Virus record (IMG/VR): IMGVR_UViG_3300030419_004603
Coordinates: 1-63,987 of that record
Length of the DNA stretch: 63,987 bases
Strand: one strand, 5' to 3'
Source of the DNA: a virus
Taxonomy: Duplodnaviria > Caudoviricetes
Shown: one piece after another, positions 1 through 8,376 of the stretch
How the letters are laid out: each line of letters opens with the position of its first letter
How positions within the stretch are numbered: position 1 is the first letter of the stretch
Translations under genes and position numbers: made by a program
Notes under the pieces: model-generated
Seen by the model: only the letters and a program-made list of their open reading frames with translations
Database searches by the model: none
What the model was told of the DNA's origin: nothing

Positions 1-831
1 ATCATCGTCTTTGATGGTAAGGGTGGGTCTAACCGCCGCCGTAAACTTTATCCTGAATATAAGGCAAAACGAACAACCAAAATTAGACTCAATCGTGTAA
101 ATGAGTTTGAAAACATAGAGGATGAACGGCATTCTATGTTGATGCAATTATCACGATGTGCTGAATATTTGGAAAGACTGCCCGTAAATATCGTTTCAGT
201 TGACAATGTCGAGGCAGATGATGTTATGGCTTATATCGCTAAACAGTTACTACCCGAAAGTAAAACTACAATCATGAGTACCGATAAGGACTTTTTACAA
301 TTGGTTAGTGACAGAATTTCGGTTTGGTCGCCGACAAAAAAGAAACTCTACAATCCTGAAAAAGTATTAGAAGAATACAAGGTTACATCTAAAAACTTAT
401 TGTTGAGTAGAATTTTTGAAGGTGACCAATCTGATAACATTAAGGGTGTTATGGGAATTGGGATTAAGACACTCTTAAAAAACTTTCCACAATTTGGTGA
501 GGATGGAAAGGTAACTCGTGATGAAATCATAAAGGAAGCTCAAAAGAATAAAGGTAGTAGATTTTATGATTTAATTTTGGATGGTATCGATACAATACAT
601 CTGAATCATAAATTAATGCAACTTGAAGAAGTTGACATAAGTGGTGGAGCTAAATTAAAAATTAATAACATAGTAAATGGTAAGATACCTGAACTATCCA
701 AACCGAACTTTCAAAAAATGTTCATAGAGGATAGAATGTTTGGTGCTTTACCTAATATGGATAGTTGGATAATGCAAACTTGGACTAAACTGAATAGATT
801 TGCGAAGATTAACAATGGGAAGAAAGCGTAA
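1..831 (+). CDS. rnh: 5'-3' exonuclease / T4 RNase H-like flap endonuclease (5' end outside window)
   Basis: Frame 1 is open from base 1: IIVFDGKGGSNRRRKLYPEYKAKR, then EADDVMA, STDKDFLQ, GDQSDNIKGVMGIGIKT (H3TH). The ORF track start at 136 is internal. Confidence 0.9.
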   Translation: MIVFDGKGGSNRRRKLYPEYKAKRTTKIRLNRVNEFENIEDERHSMLMQLSRCAEYLERLPVNIVSVDNVEADDVMAYIAKQLLPESKTTIMSTDKDFLQLVSDRISVWSPTKKKLYNPEKVLEEYKVTSKNLLLSRIFEGDQSDNIKGVMGIGIKTLLKNFPQFGEDGKVTRDEIIKEAQKNKGSRFYDLILDGIDTIHLNHKLMQLEEVDISGGAKLKINNIVNGKIPELSKPNFQKMFIEDRMFGALPNMDSWIMQTWTKLNRFAKINNGKKA

Positions 832-997
832 ATATAATACAGAAGAAGAACGAAGAGATGCTCAACGAAAGTGGCAGATGGAACATTATCAACGCAACAA
901 AGATAAGATTTTGAAGAAGGCTCGTGATAATTACAAGAAGAAGAAAAGAGAAAAAACAAGACAAAATAGAGGTAAGAGCATCTATGGTGACCAATAA
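815..997 (+). CDS. small, very basic hypothetical protein
   Basis: ATG at 815 overlaps the rnh end and its stop overlaps the helicase ATG (TAATG). K/R-rich, HYQRNKDKILKKAR. Confidence 0.65.
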   Translation: MGRKRKYNTEEERRDAQRKWQMEHYQRNKDKILKKARDNYKKKKREKTRQNRGKSIYGDQ

Positions 998-2364
998 TGA
1001 GTGAGAAAAGCACTTTAATTCAATTCGGACACAAATTCCAAACAAAAATTATATCATCTTTATTAGGTGAAAAGGTATTTCTACAAACCATTTGTGATAT
1101 CTTAGAGCCTGAATATTTTGATTCCGATTCTAATAAATGGATAGCACAAACCATCAGAGACTATTTCTTTGAATACAAAACTTCCCCAACACTTGAAGTG
1201 ATGAAAGTTAGGATAGACGAGATAGAAAACGACATACTAAAAGTTGCTGTGGTGGATGGATTGAAAGAGAGTTGGAGATTAATTCAAAGTACAGACTTGA
1301 AATTCGTACAAGAACAAACCTTAGAGTTCTGTAGGAATCAAGTTATTAAGGCTGCCATTATGGATAGTGTGGACTTATTGGAAGTTGGACAATACGATGA
1401 GATAAAAAAGATGGTTGACGAAGCGATGAAGGCTGGTACTGAACGAGATTTAGGACACGACTATATCGTTGGTATTGAAGAACGACTTACAAAATCTACA
1501 AGAGATACGGTAAAAACAGGTTGGGATCCGATTGATGAGGTCATGGATGGTGGTTTAGGTGGTGGAGAACTTGGTGTTGTAGTAGCTCCAGCAGGTATCG
1601 GTAAAACTTGGTGTTTACAAAGTATGGGAGCTTCAGCCGTGAAAAATGGATTGAATGTTGTACACTATACATTGGAGTTGAACCAAAATTATGTTGGGTT
1701 GAGATACGATACCATATTTAGTGGAGTACCGACAGCCAATATAAAGTTTTACCAAGATGATGTAAAGAAAAAGATTGACCAATTAAAGGGAACATTATTA
1801 ATTAAATATTTCCCAACCAAAAGTGCTACAGTTCAAACTCTCTCCGCTCATCTAAGTCAAATAGAAATACAAGGTACAAAACCTGATTTGGTATTAGTGG
1901 ATTACGCTGATATCTTGAAGGGTATGGGTAGTGAGAAACGCCATGTATTGGAAAATATCTATGAGGATTTAAGAGGATTAGCTGGTGAAATAGAATGTCC
2001 GATATGGACAGCCTCACAGGCTAATCGTAGTTCATTAGAAGAGGATGTGATTGACGCTACAAAAGTTGCTGAGGCTTATTCAAAAGTAATGATAGCAGAT
2101 TTTGTGGTATCGGTGAGTAGAAAGGTCGAAGATAAAATAGCTAACACAGGTAGATTTCATGTTATAAAAAATAGATTTGGATATGATGGAGTTACCTATC
2201 CTTCACAAATAAATACCAATATTGGTAAAATTGAGGTGTTTGAATCCACTTCAAGTGGTGGTGTAGATGCTCAAGGTAAGATGGATAACTCACAAGAGTT
2301 TATGAGAAAAACCTTGGCAGAAAAGAAAAAAATATTTGAAAAAGACCTCGATGGCTTCGAATAG
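997..2364 (+). CDS. replicative DNA helicase, DnaB/T4 gp41-like
   Basis: Walker A APAGIGKT, YTLEL, Walker B LVLVDYAD, WTASQANR, KNRFG. Confidence 0.93.
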   Translation: MSEKSTLIQFGHKFQTKIISSLLGEKVFLQTICDILEPEYFDSDSNKWIAQTIRDYFFEYKTSPTLEVMKVRIDEIENDILKVAVVDGLKESWRLIQSTDLKFVQEQTLEFCRNQVIKAAIMDSVDLLEVGQYDEIKKMVDEAMKAGTERDLGHDYIVGIEERLTKSTRDTVKTGWDPIDEVMDGGLGGGELGVVVAPAGIGKTWCLQSMGASAVKNGLNVVHYTLELNQNYVGLRYDTIFSGVPTANIKFYQDDVKKKIDQLKGTLLIKYFPTKSATVQTLSAHLSQIEIQGTKPDLVLVDYADILKGMGSEKRHVLENIYEDLRGLAGEIECPIWTASQANRSSLEEDVIDATKVAEAYSKVMIADFVVSVSRKVEDKIANTGRFHVIKNRFGYDGVTYPSQINTNIGKIEVFESTSSGGVDAQGKMDNSQEFMRKTLAEKKKIFEKDLDGFE

Positions 2365-2380
2365 AATGGAATATATATTA

Positions 2381-2388
2381 TATTTATC
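2381..2388 (+). promoter_or_regulatory. TA(T/C/A)(T/G)TAT intergenic motif, candidate phage promoter upstream of nrdJ
   Basis: TATTTATC. Related octamers lie in most other intergenic gaps (10904, 15581, 19340, 27912, 32423, 48221). Confidence 0.4.
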
Positions 2389-2439
2389 AAAGGTCGGGTT
2401 ATACGGCGTTATATATAAAAGATTAAGTAGAGGAGTAAA

Positions 2440-4437
2440 ATGGAAAAATTTCAGTTATCGGATAATTTTATAAAAAAATATAAAAGAAAAAAGGCACCAT
2501 TTGGTTTTAACGGATTAGGTGAATTAGTCTATATGAGGACTTATTCAAGAATCAAAGAAAACGGAAAAAATGAAAGATGGTGGGAGACAGTACAAAGGGT
2601 TGTAGAAGGTACTTATACAATGCAAAAGAATTGGATTGAATCACACCAATTAGGGTGGAACGCGTGGCAAGCTCAAAAGAGTGCTCAAGATATGTATGAG
2701 CGTATTTTTACTATGAAGTTCTTGCCTCCCGGTCGCGGTCTGTGGGCAATGGGTACACCCGTCACAGAAGAAAAGGGATTATATGCCGCCCTAAACAATT
2801 GTGCTTTCGTATCAACAAAAACACTTAAAGAAGATTATGCTAAACCATTTTGTTTTCTGATGGATGCTAGTATGTTAGGTGTTGGAGTTGGTTTTGATAC
2901 AAAAGGTGCAGGAGAAATAGTAGTCAAGGGAGTTGACAAAGATAGGGATGTACAGACATTTCAAATACCTGATACTCGTGAGGGTTGGGTAGAATCTGTT
3001 AAACTACTATTGGAAAGTTACTTTCACGGACAAGCTCCAATGGAGTTTGATTACTCAATAGTAAGACCTGCTGGAGTTCCCATCAAAGGATTTGGTGGTG
3101 TTTCGAGTGGTCCTGAACCATTACAAGAGGTTCACGAAAGTATCACAGATGTTCTTGAAAAGAATAGTGGAGAACCAATAACAATCACAACAATCGTAGA
3201 TATAATGAATCTCATTGGTAAATGTGTTGTAGCAGGTAATGTTAGAAGAACCGCTGAGATTGTATTTGGTGACCCTTATGATGAAGAATATTTAGATTTA
3301 AAAAATTACAAAGTTAATCCACATCGTGACCAATATGGTTGGACATCAAACAACTCAATATTTGCAGAGTTGGGTATGGATTATACTGAAAGTGCTAAAA
3401 GGATTGTTGATAACGGAGAACCTGGTTTCGCTTGGTTGGAGAATATGAGACAATATTCTCGTATGAAAAATGGTGGAGATAACAAAGACCATAGAGCTAT
3501 GGGTGGTAATCCTTGTTTGGAACAAACCTTAGAATCATATGAGTTGTGTTGTTTAGTGGAAACTTTCCCAAGTAATCATGATGACTTTGACGATTATGCT
3601 AGAACATTAAAATACGCATATCTATATGCCAAAACAGTAACACTTGGAAAAACACATTGGAGTGATACCAATAGAGTTATGTTGAGAAACAGAAGAATCG
3701 GTTGTTCTGTTAGTGGTGTAGCACAATTTATTACCAATAGAGGGTTGGGTGTATTAAAAGATTGGTTAAATGATGGTTACGATGTAATACAAGAATGGGA
3801 CAAGATGTATAGTGATTGGTTCGCTGTACCAAAGTCAATCAAAACCACATCGGTAAAACCAAGTGGTACAGTTTCACTATTAGCAGGAGCGACTCCAGGA
3901 TTACACTATCCTGAGAGTCGTTTTTACATTAGGAGAATAAGGTTATCAAAACACTCAGAGTTAATAGAACCTATGAAAAGGGCAGGTTATAAGTTAGAAC
4001 CAGCGTTTGGTTCTGAAGATACGACTATGGTGGTTGAGGTTCCTGTTGATGTAGGAGAAGGAATAAGAACCGTAGGTGAGTTATCAATATGGGAACAATT
4101 TAGTTTAGCAGCTTTCATGCAACGACATTGGGCAGACAATCAAGTAAGTTGTACAGTAACATTCGATCCTGAAAAGGAAGGTAAAGAAATACCACAAGTA
4201 TTGAATTACTATCAATATCATTTAAAGGGTATAAGTTTGTTACCAAGACACGACTTGGGAGCCTATCAACAAATGCCTTATGAAGCAATTGATGAAAAGG
4301 AATATGGTAAACAAGTAAAGAAACTCGGTAAGTTAAGTTTCGGAGTTATTAGTAATGAGGAGGCCAACATAGAAAAGTTCTGTGATGGTGACTTTTGTGA
4401 TGTAGAAGAAGTTACAACTACTAATGACAATGAATAA
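2440..4437 (+). CDS. nrdJ: class II adenosylcobalamin-dependent monomeric ribonucleotide reductase (RTPR type)
   Basis: LPPGRGLW, ALNNCAF, GGNPCLEQ, TSVKPSGTVSLL and a C-terminal redox pair FCDGDFC. AGGAG SD. No beta-subunit gene adjacent. Confidence 0.93.
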   Translation: MEKFQLSDNFIKKYKRKKAPFGFNGLGELVYMRTYSRIKENGKNERWWETVQRVVEGTYTMQKNWIESHQLGWNAWQAQKSAQDMYERIFTMKFLPPGRGLWAMGTPVTEEKGLYAALNNCAFVSTKTLKEDYAKPFCFLMDASMLGVGVGFDTKGAGEIVVKGVDKDRDVQTFQIPDTREGWVESVKLLLESYFHGQAPMEFDYSIVRPAGVPIKGFGGVSSGPEPLQEVHESITDVLEKNSGEPITITTIVDIMNLIGKCVVAGNVRRTAEIVFGDPYDEEYLDLKNYKVNPHRDQYGWTSNNSIFAELGMDYTESAKRIVDNGEPGFAWLENMRQYSRMKNGGDNKDHRAMGGNPCLEQTLESYELCCLVETFPSNHDDFDDYARTLKYAYLYAKTVTLGKTHWSDTNRVMLRNRRIGCSVSGVAQFITNRGLGVLKDWLNDGYDVIQEWDKMYSDWFAVPKSIKTTSVKPSGTVSLLAGATPGLHYPESRFYIRRIRLSKHSELIEPMKRAGYKLEPAFGSEDTTMVVEVPVDVGEGIRTVGELSIWEQFSLAAFMQRHWADNQVSCTVTFDPEKEGKEIPQVLNYYQYHLKGISLLPRHDLGAYQQMPYEAIDEKEYGKQVKKLGKLSFGVISNEEANIEKFCDGDFCDVEEVTTTNDNE

Positions 4438-4446
4438 AAAAAGCGG

Positions 4447-4480
4447 ACAGGCAGACGACACACCTGTAGAAAAATGTGTC
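4447..4480 (+). promoter_or_regulatory. predicted H-type RNA pseudoknot in the TBDR leader
   Basis: ACAGG(4447-51) pairs with CCTGT(4463-67); loop GACACA(4457-62) pairs with TGTGTC(4475-80); A-rich linker AGAAAAA. Confidence 0.55.
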
Positions 4481-4508
4481 ATTTCACAAACAAAACAAGG
4501 AGATTACT

Positions 4509-7280
4509 ATGAACTATCGTAATCTAATCTTCGGCCTAATATTGTCAGTTGGGGTTGTCTTTGGGCAATCTGTTACTGGTTTTGTTGGAGTCGGAGAACA
4601 ACCACTTGTTGGAGCAAATGTAATAGTAGAAGGTACTGAACTCGGTGGAGTAACAGACGAGACTGGGAAGTTCGTTATTGAAACTGGTACAGGTACTTTT
4701 GGTGTTACTGCTTCATACATCGGTTATGTATCCCAAACTAAAACAGTAAAAGTTGGGGACATAGTTGGGAGTGTTAGTTTCAATTTAGAAACTGATGTTG
4801 TTGCTCTCACGGCACTTGAAGTTTTGGCTTCAAGAGCGGATGAAACAACACCTGTGGCTTACACTAATGTTAGTAAAAAAGAAATGGAAGTAAGACTTGG
4901 TAGTCAAGATATTCCAATGATTCTTAATACTACACCAAGTGTATACGCTACACAACAAGGTGGTGGTGCGGGAGATGCCCGTATTAATGTTCGTGGATTC
5001 AATCAACGGAATGTTGCCGTAATGATTAATGGAGTTCCCCAAAATGATATGGAGAACGGATGGGTCTATTGGTCTAATTGGGATGGAGTGGGAGACGCTA
5101 CTTCCTCGATTCAGATGCAAAGGGGACTATCGGCTGTTAATTTAGCAACACCTTCTATTGGTGGTACTATGAATATTATCACCGACCCAGCAGCTCACGA
5201 GAAAGGTGGGAAGTTGAAACAAGAAGTCGGTGAGGGTGGGTTCTTAAAGACCACTTTGAATTATAACTCAGGTCTAATAAATGATAAACTAGCAGTAAGT
5301 GGAACGATTGTTCGTAAAACCGGAAACGGTTTTATAGATGGAACATGGACGGATGCTTGGGCTTATTATTTAGGTACATCTTATGCTGTATCAGACAAAC
5401 AACGATTTGAGTTATACGCAATAGGAGCACCACAGAGACATGGACAGAACCTATACAAACAGAATATCGCAACTTACTCACAAGAGTTAGCGAGTGATAT
5501 TGGATGGGATGACGAAGGTAATGGATACGACCCAACGGCATTTGCCGAAGGTGAGAAGTTCGAAACTGAAGCTGGTAGGTTCTATAATCAAAATTGGGCA
5601 CCTGTAGACCCATCATACAAAGGCCAACAATATTGGTATATGTATGGTGCTAGAACTACAGATAGGTTCAGTTCTGATTTCTTGAATGAAAGAGAAAACT
5701 TCTTTCATAAACCACTTGTGAACTTGAATCATTTTCTCGATTTAAACGACCAAATGACTTTAAGTTCTGTAGCTTATTGGAGTGGTGGTAGTGGTGGTGG
5801 AACTGGTACTTACGGAAGTGTCAGTAGAAAACCTGCGGTCGAAGGAGAACCTTGGTATGCAAGTTCACCTTGGATGTGGGATTGGGATGCTGAGATTGCA
5901 CAGAACTCTGCTAATGTAGATTCTGCATGGTCAGATGTTGAAAATCGTTCAACTGGTATCCTAAGAAATTCAATCAACAGACAAAACACCTATGGTTTAA
6001 TTTCAAAGTTAAACTATGATGTGAATGATGAACTTGAGGTTCAGATTGGTATTGATTGGAGAACTGCTGGTATAGAACACGCCAGAGAAGTTCGTGATTT
6101 ACTTGGTGGAGACTACTATGTAGATTTCGCCGATGACAACGCTGCCGATGGTAAGAAAGTTGGGTTAGGTGATATTATTGCTTATCACAACGAAACTACC
6201 GTTGATTGGTTTGGTGCTTTCTTACAAGGTAAATACGATACTGAAAAGATTAACCTATATGGTATGGGTGGTATATCCACAATCGGATATACATACGAAG
6301 ACCATTTTGCTATTAACAAAGATGAAGATGGAAATGATATCGATAACTTTGTTGAAGCTGATAACATCACAACTTTTCAAGTAAAAGGTGGTGGTAGGTA
6401 TAATCTTGATGACAGATTATCAGCATTTGCTAATGTTGGTTATGTACAGAAACCACCAATCTTAGATAATGTGATTGATTATGATGGAAATGTATCTACA
6501 AATCCTGATAATGAAAAATTCATATCTACAGAAGTTGGTGGTGAATACAGAAGTGGTTTAGTAGCTGTCAAAGGTAGTTACTATAATACACAATGGAAGG
6601 ATAGAAACCTTACCAAATCAGTAACAACTGGACAAGGTGACTCAGGTGACACAGACATCATTTACCTAACTGGTGTGAATCAAAGTCACAGTGGTTTCGA
6701 GATTGAGTCCAAAGTGGCTCTTCACGAAATGGTTGACTTAGATGTAGCAGTTAGTATTGGTGATTGGTACTTCGATGGAGACGCTACAGGTGATTACACA
6801 GAGATGGAATACAATGATGATAACCAAATCATCGGTCAAACATCTACTGAGTATGAATACGCATTAAACAATCTAAAGGTTGGTGATATGCCACAGACAG
6901 CTTATGTTGGTGGATTAACACTAAAACCAATCGAAGGATTGAGTGTACAAGGTCTTTATAGATGGTATGATAATCACTATTCAGATTGGAGTCCTGATTC
7001 TCGTGAAGTTGAAGGTGATGCTGATAGAGCACAAGTATGGAAAACACCATCATATGGTAAGTTAGACCTACACTTGTCTTATAAGCTACCTGAAGTAGCA
7101 GGACTTGACATGACTATTCATGGTCATTTGTTCAACGCTCTTGATAATGTATACATTCAAGACGCGGTAGATAATAGTAAGTACAATGGGTATGGTGATA
7201 AACTTCACTTAGCTCATAACGCTGAAGTATTCTTGGGTACACCAAGACATTTCAATTTAGGACTTTCTGTTAATTTCTAA
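4509..7280 (+). CDS. TonB-dependent outer-membrane receptor with N-terminal CarboxypepD_reg-like extension
   Basis: SD AGGAG 4498-4502 supports ATG 4509 rather than 4476. Signal peptide, PLVGANVIV..TDETGKF..SYIGY extension, plug NVRGFNQRNVAVMINGVPQND, C-terminal FNLGLSVNF. Confidence 0.92.
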   Translation: MNYRNLIFGLILSVGVVFGQSVTGFVGVGEQPLVGANVIVEGTELGGVTDETGKFVIETGTGTFGVTASYIGYVSQTKTVKVGDIVGSVSFNLETDVVALTALEVLASRADETTPVAYTNVSKKEMEVRLGSQDIPMILNTTPSVYATQQGGGAGDARINVRGFNQRNVAVMINGVPQNDMENGWVYWSNWDGVGDATSSIQMQRGLSAVNLATPSIGGTMNIITDPAAHEKGGKLKQEVGEGGFLKTTLNYNSGLINDKLAVSGTIVRKTGNGFIDGTWTDAWAYYLGTSYAVSDKQRFELYAIGAPQRHGQNLYKQNIATYSQELASDIGWDDEGNGYDPTAFAEGEKFETEAGRFYNQNWAPVDPSYKGQQYWYMYGARTTDRFSSDFLNERENFFHKPLVNLNHFLDLNDQMTLSSVAYWSGGSGGGTGTYGSVSRKPAVEGEPWYASSPWMWDWDAEIAQNSANVDSAWSDVENRSTGILRNSINRQNTYGLISKLNYDVNDELEVQIGIDWRTAGIEHAREVRDLLGGDYYVDFADDNAADGKKVGLGDIIAYHNETTVDWFGAFLQGKYDTEKINLYGMGGISTIGYTYEDHFAINKDEDGNDIDNFVEADNITTFQVKGGGRYNLDDRLSAFANVGYVQKPPILDNVIDYDGNVSTNPDNEKFISTEVGGEYRSGLVAVKGSYYNTQWKDRNLTKSVTTGQGDSGDTDIIYLTGVNQSHSGFEIESKVALHEMVDLDVAVSIGDWYFDGDATGDYTEMEYNDDNQIIGQTSTEYEYALNNLKVGDMPQTAYVGGLTLKPIEGLSVQGLYRWYDNHYSDWSPDSREVEGDADRAQVWKTPSYGKLDLHLSYKLPEVAGLDMTIHGHLFNALDNVYIQDAVDNSKYNGYGDKLHLAHNAEVFLGTPRHFNLGLSVNF

Positions 7281-7291
7281 AATGGTAATTT

Positions 7292-7319
7292 GGGGGAGTT
7301 GAAATATACTCCCCTTTTT
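7292..7319 (+). terminator. rho-independent terminator after TBDR
   Basis: GGGGGAGT-tgaaatat-ACTCCCC followed by TTTTT. Confidence 0.8.
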
Positions 7320-7336
7320 ATCAAAGGGTAAATAAA

Positions 7337-8314
7337 ATGCATAAATTAGAATATCTATGGTTGGATGGTTGTACACCAACTCAAATAAGGTACAAAACAA
7401 AAGTTGTAAAAGATTTCGGAAAAAAGGAAGAAGCACCAATATGGGGATTTGATGGAAGTTCAACGGAACAGGCTGATGGTAATAATTCCGATTGTGTTTT
7501 AAAACCAGTTAGGGTTTATCCTAATCCTTTAGAAACAAATAGTTCAATAGTCTTATGTGAAGTATGGAATGTAGATGATACACCACACGAATCAAATACA
7601 AGAAGACTATTAGAAGAGACTATAACCGATGATATCGATGAGTGGGTAGGTTTTGAACAAGAATATACATTATTCAAAGGTGGTAAACCATATGGTTGGC
7701 CTTCTGTTGGACAGCCACCACCACAAGGGGATTACTATTGTGGTAGAAACATCGGTGAAAAGGTATCAAGAGAACATATGAACGCTTGTATTGAAGCTGG
7801 TATCAGTATTTGTGGAACTAACGCAGAAGTTATGTTAGGTCAATGGGAATATCAAATAGGTGCAGGTGGTTCAATACACATGAGTGATGATTTGTGGGTT
7901 GCTCGTTGGTTATTGGAAAGAATCTGTGAAGAACACGAGCTCGTTATCTCATTACATCCAAAACCAATTCAAGGTGATTGGAATGGTGCTGGTTGTCATA
8001 CCAATTTCTCTACAAAGGAGATGAGAGAAGATGGTGGTTATGATGAGATACTTGAAGCCTGTGAAAAATTATCAAAAAATCCACAAGAACATATTGATGC
8101 ATATGGTCAAGACAATGACCAAAGACTTACTGGATTACATGAAACCTGTAGTATTACAGAGTTTAGATATGGTGTTTCAGATAGGGGTGCATCAATTCGT
8201 ATACCTTGGCAGGTAAAACGAGATAAAAAAGGTTACTTGGAAGATAGAAGGCCAGCATCAAATTGTGACCCTTATGTCGTATCACAAAAATTAATCGAAA
8301 CAATCTGCAGTTAA
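7337..8314 (+). CDS. glnII: glutamine synthetase type II
   Basis: EYLWLDG, WGFDGSST, EQEY, NAEVMLGQWEYQIG, HPKPIQGDWNGAGCHTNFST, RLTGLHET, RGASIRIP, YLEDRRP; 325 aa. Confidence 0.93.
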   Translation: MHKLEYLWLDGCTPTQIRYKTKVVKDFGKKEEAPIWGFDGSSTEQADGNNSDCVLKPVRVYPNPLETNSSIVLCEVWNVDDTPHESNTRRLLEETITDDIDEWVGFEQEYTLFKGGKPYGWPSVGQPPPQGDYYCGRNIGEKVSREHMNACIEAGISICGTNAEVMLGQWEYQIGAGGSIHMSDDLWVARWLLERICEEHELVISLHPKPIQGDWNGAGCHTNFSTKEMREDGGYDEILEACEKLSKNPQEHIDAYGQDNDQRLTGLHETCSITEFRYGVSDRGASIRIPWQVKRDKKGYLEDRRPASNCDPYVVSQKLIETICS

Positions 8315-8317
8315 TAC

Positions 8318-8346
8318 TTGACTTTTAGGTTTTTTGTTCGTAAATT
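8318..8346 (+). promoter_or_regulatory. sigma70-type promoter for DNA polymerase
   Basis: TTGACT-17 nt-TAAATT; the same boxes and spacing recur at 30057-30085. Confidence 0.75.
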
Positions 8347-8376
8347 CTAATACGAAAACAAAGGAGAAGTGCTTAA

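Noticed and set aside
2365-2439. Cobalamin riboswitch or NrdR box upstream of nrdJ
   Set aside because: The gap is only 75 nt and AT-rich, with no B12 box or convincing NrdR palindrome.
4435-4480. A_AAA_AAG slippery heptamer plus pseudoknot suggesting an nrdJ-TBDR -1 frameshift fusion
   Set aside because: The heptamer begins in the nrdJ TAA stop (4435-4437), so ribosomes terminate first. The -1 frame also hits TAG at 4467-4469, and the TBDR has its own SD and signal peptide.
4476-4508. ORF-track GTG start for the TBDR
   Set aside because: It lies inside the predicted pseudoknot with no SD; ATG 4509 has AGGAG and begins a proper signal peptide.
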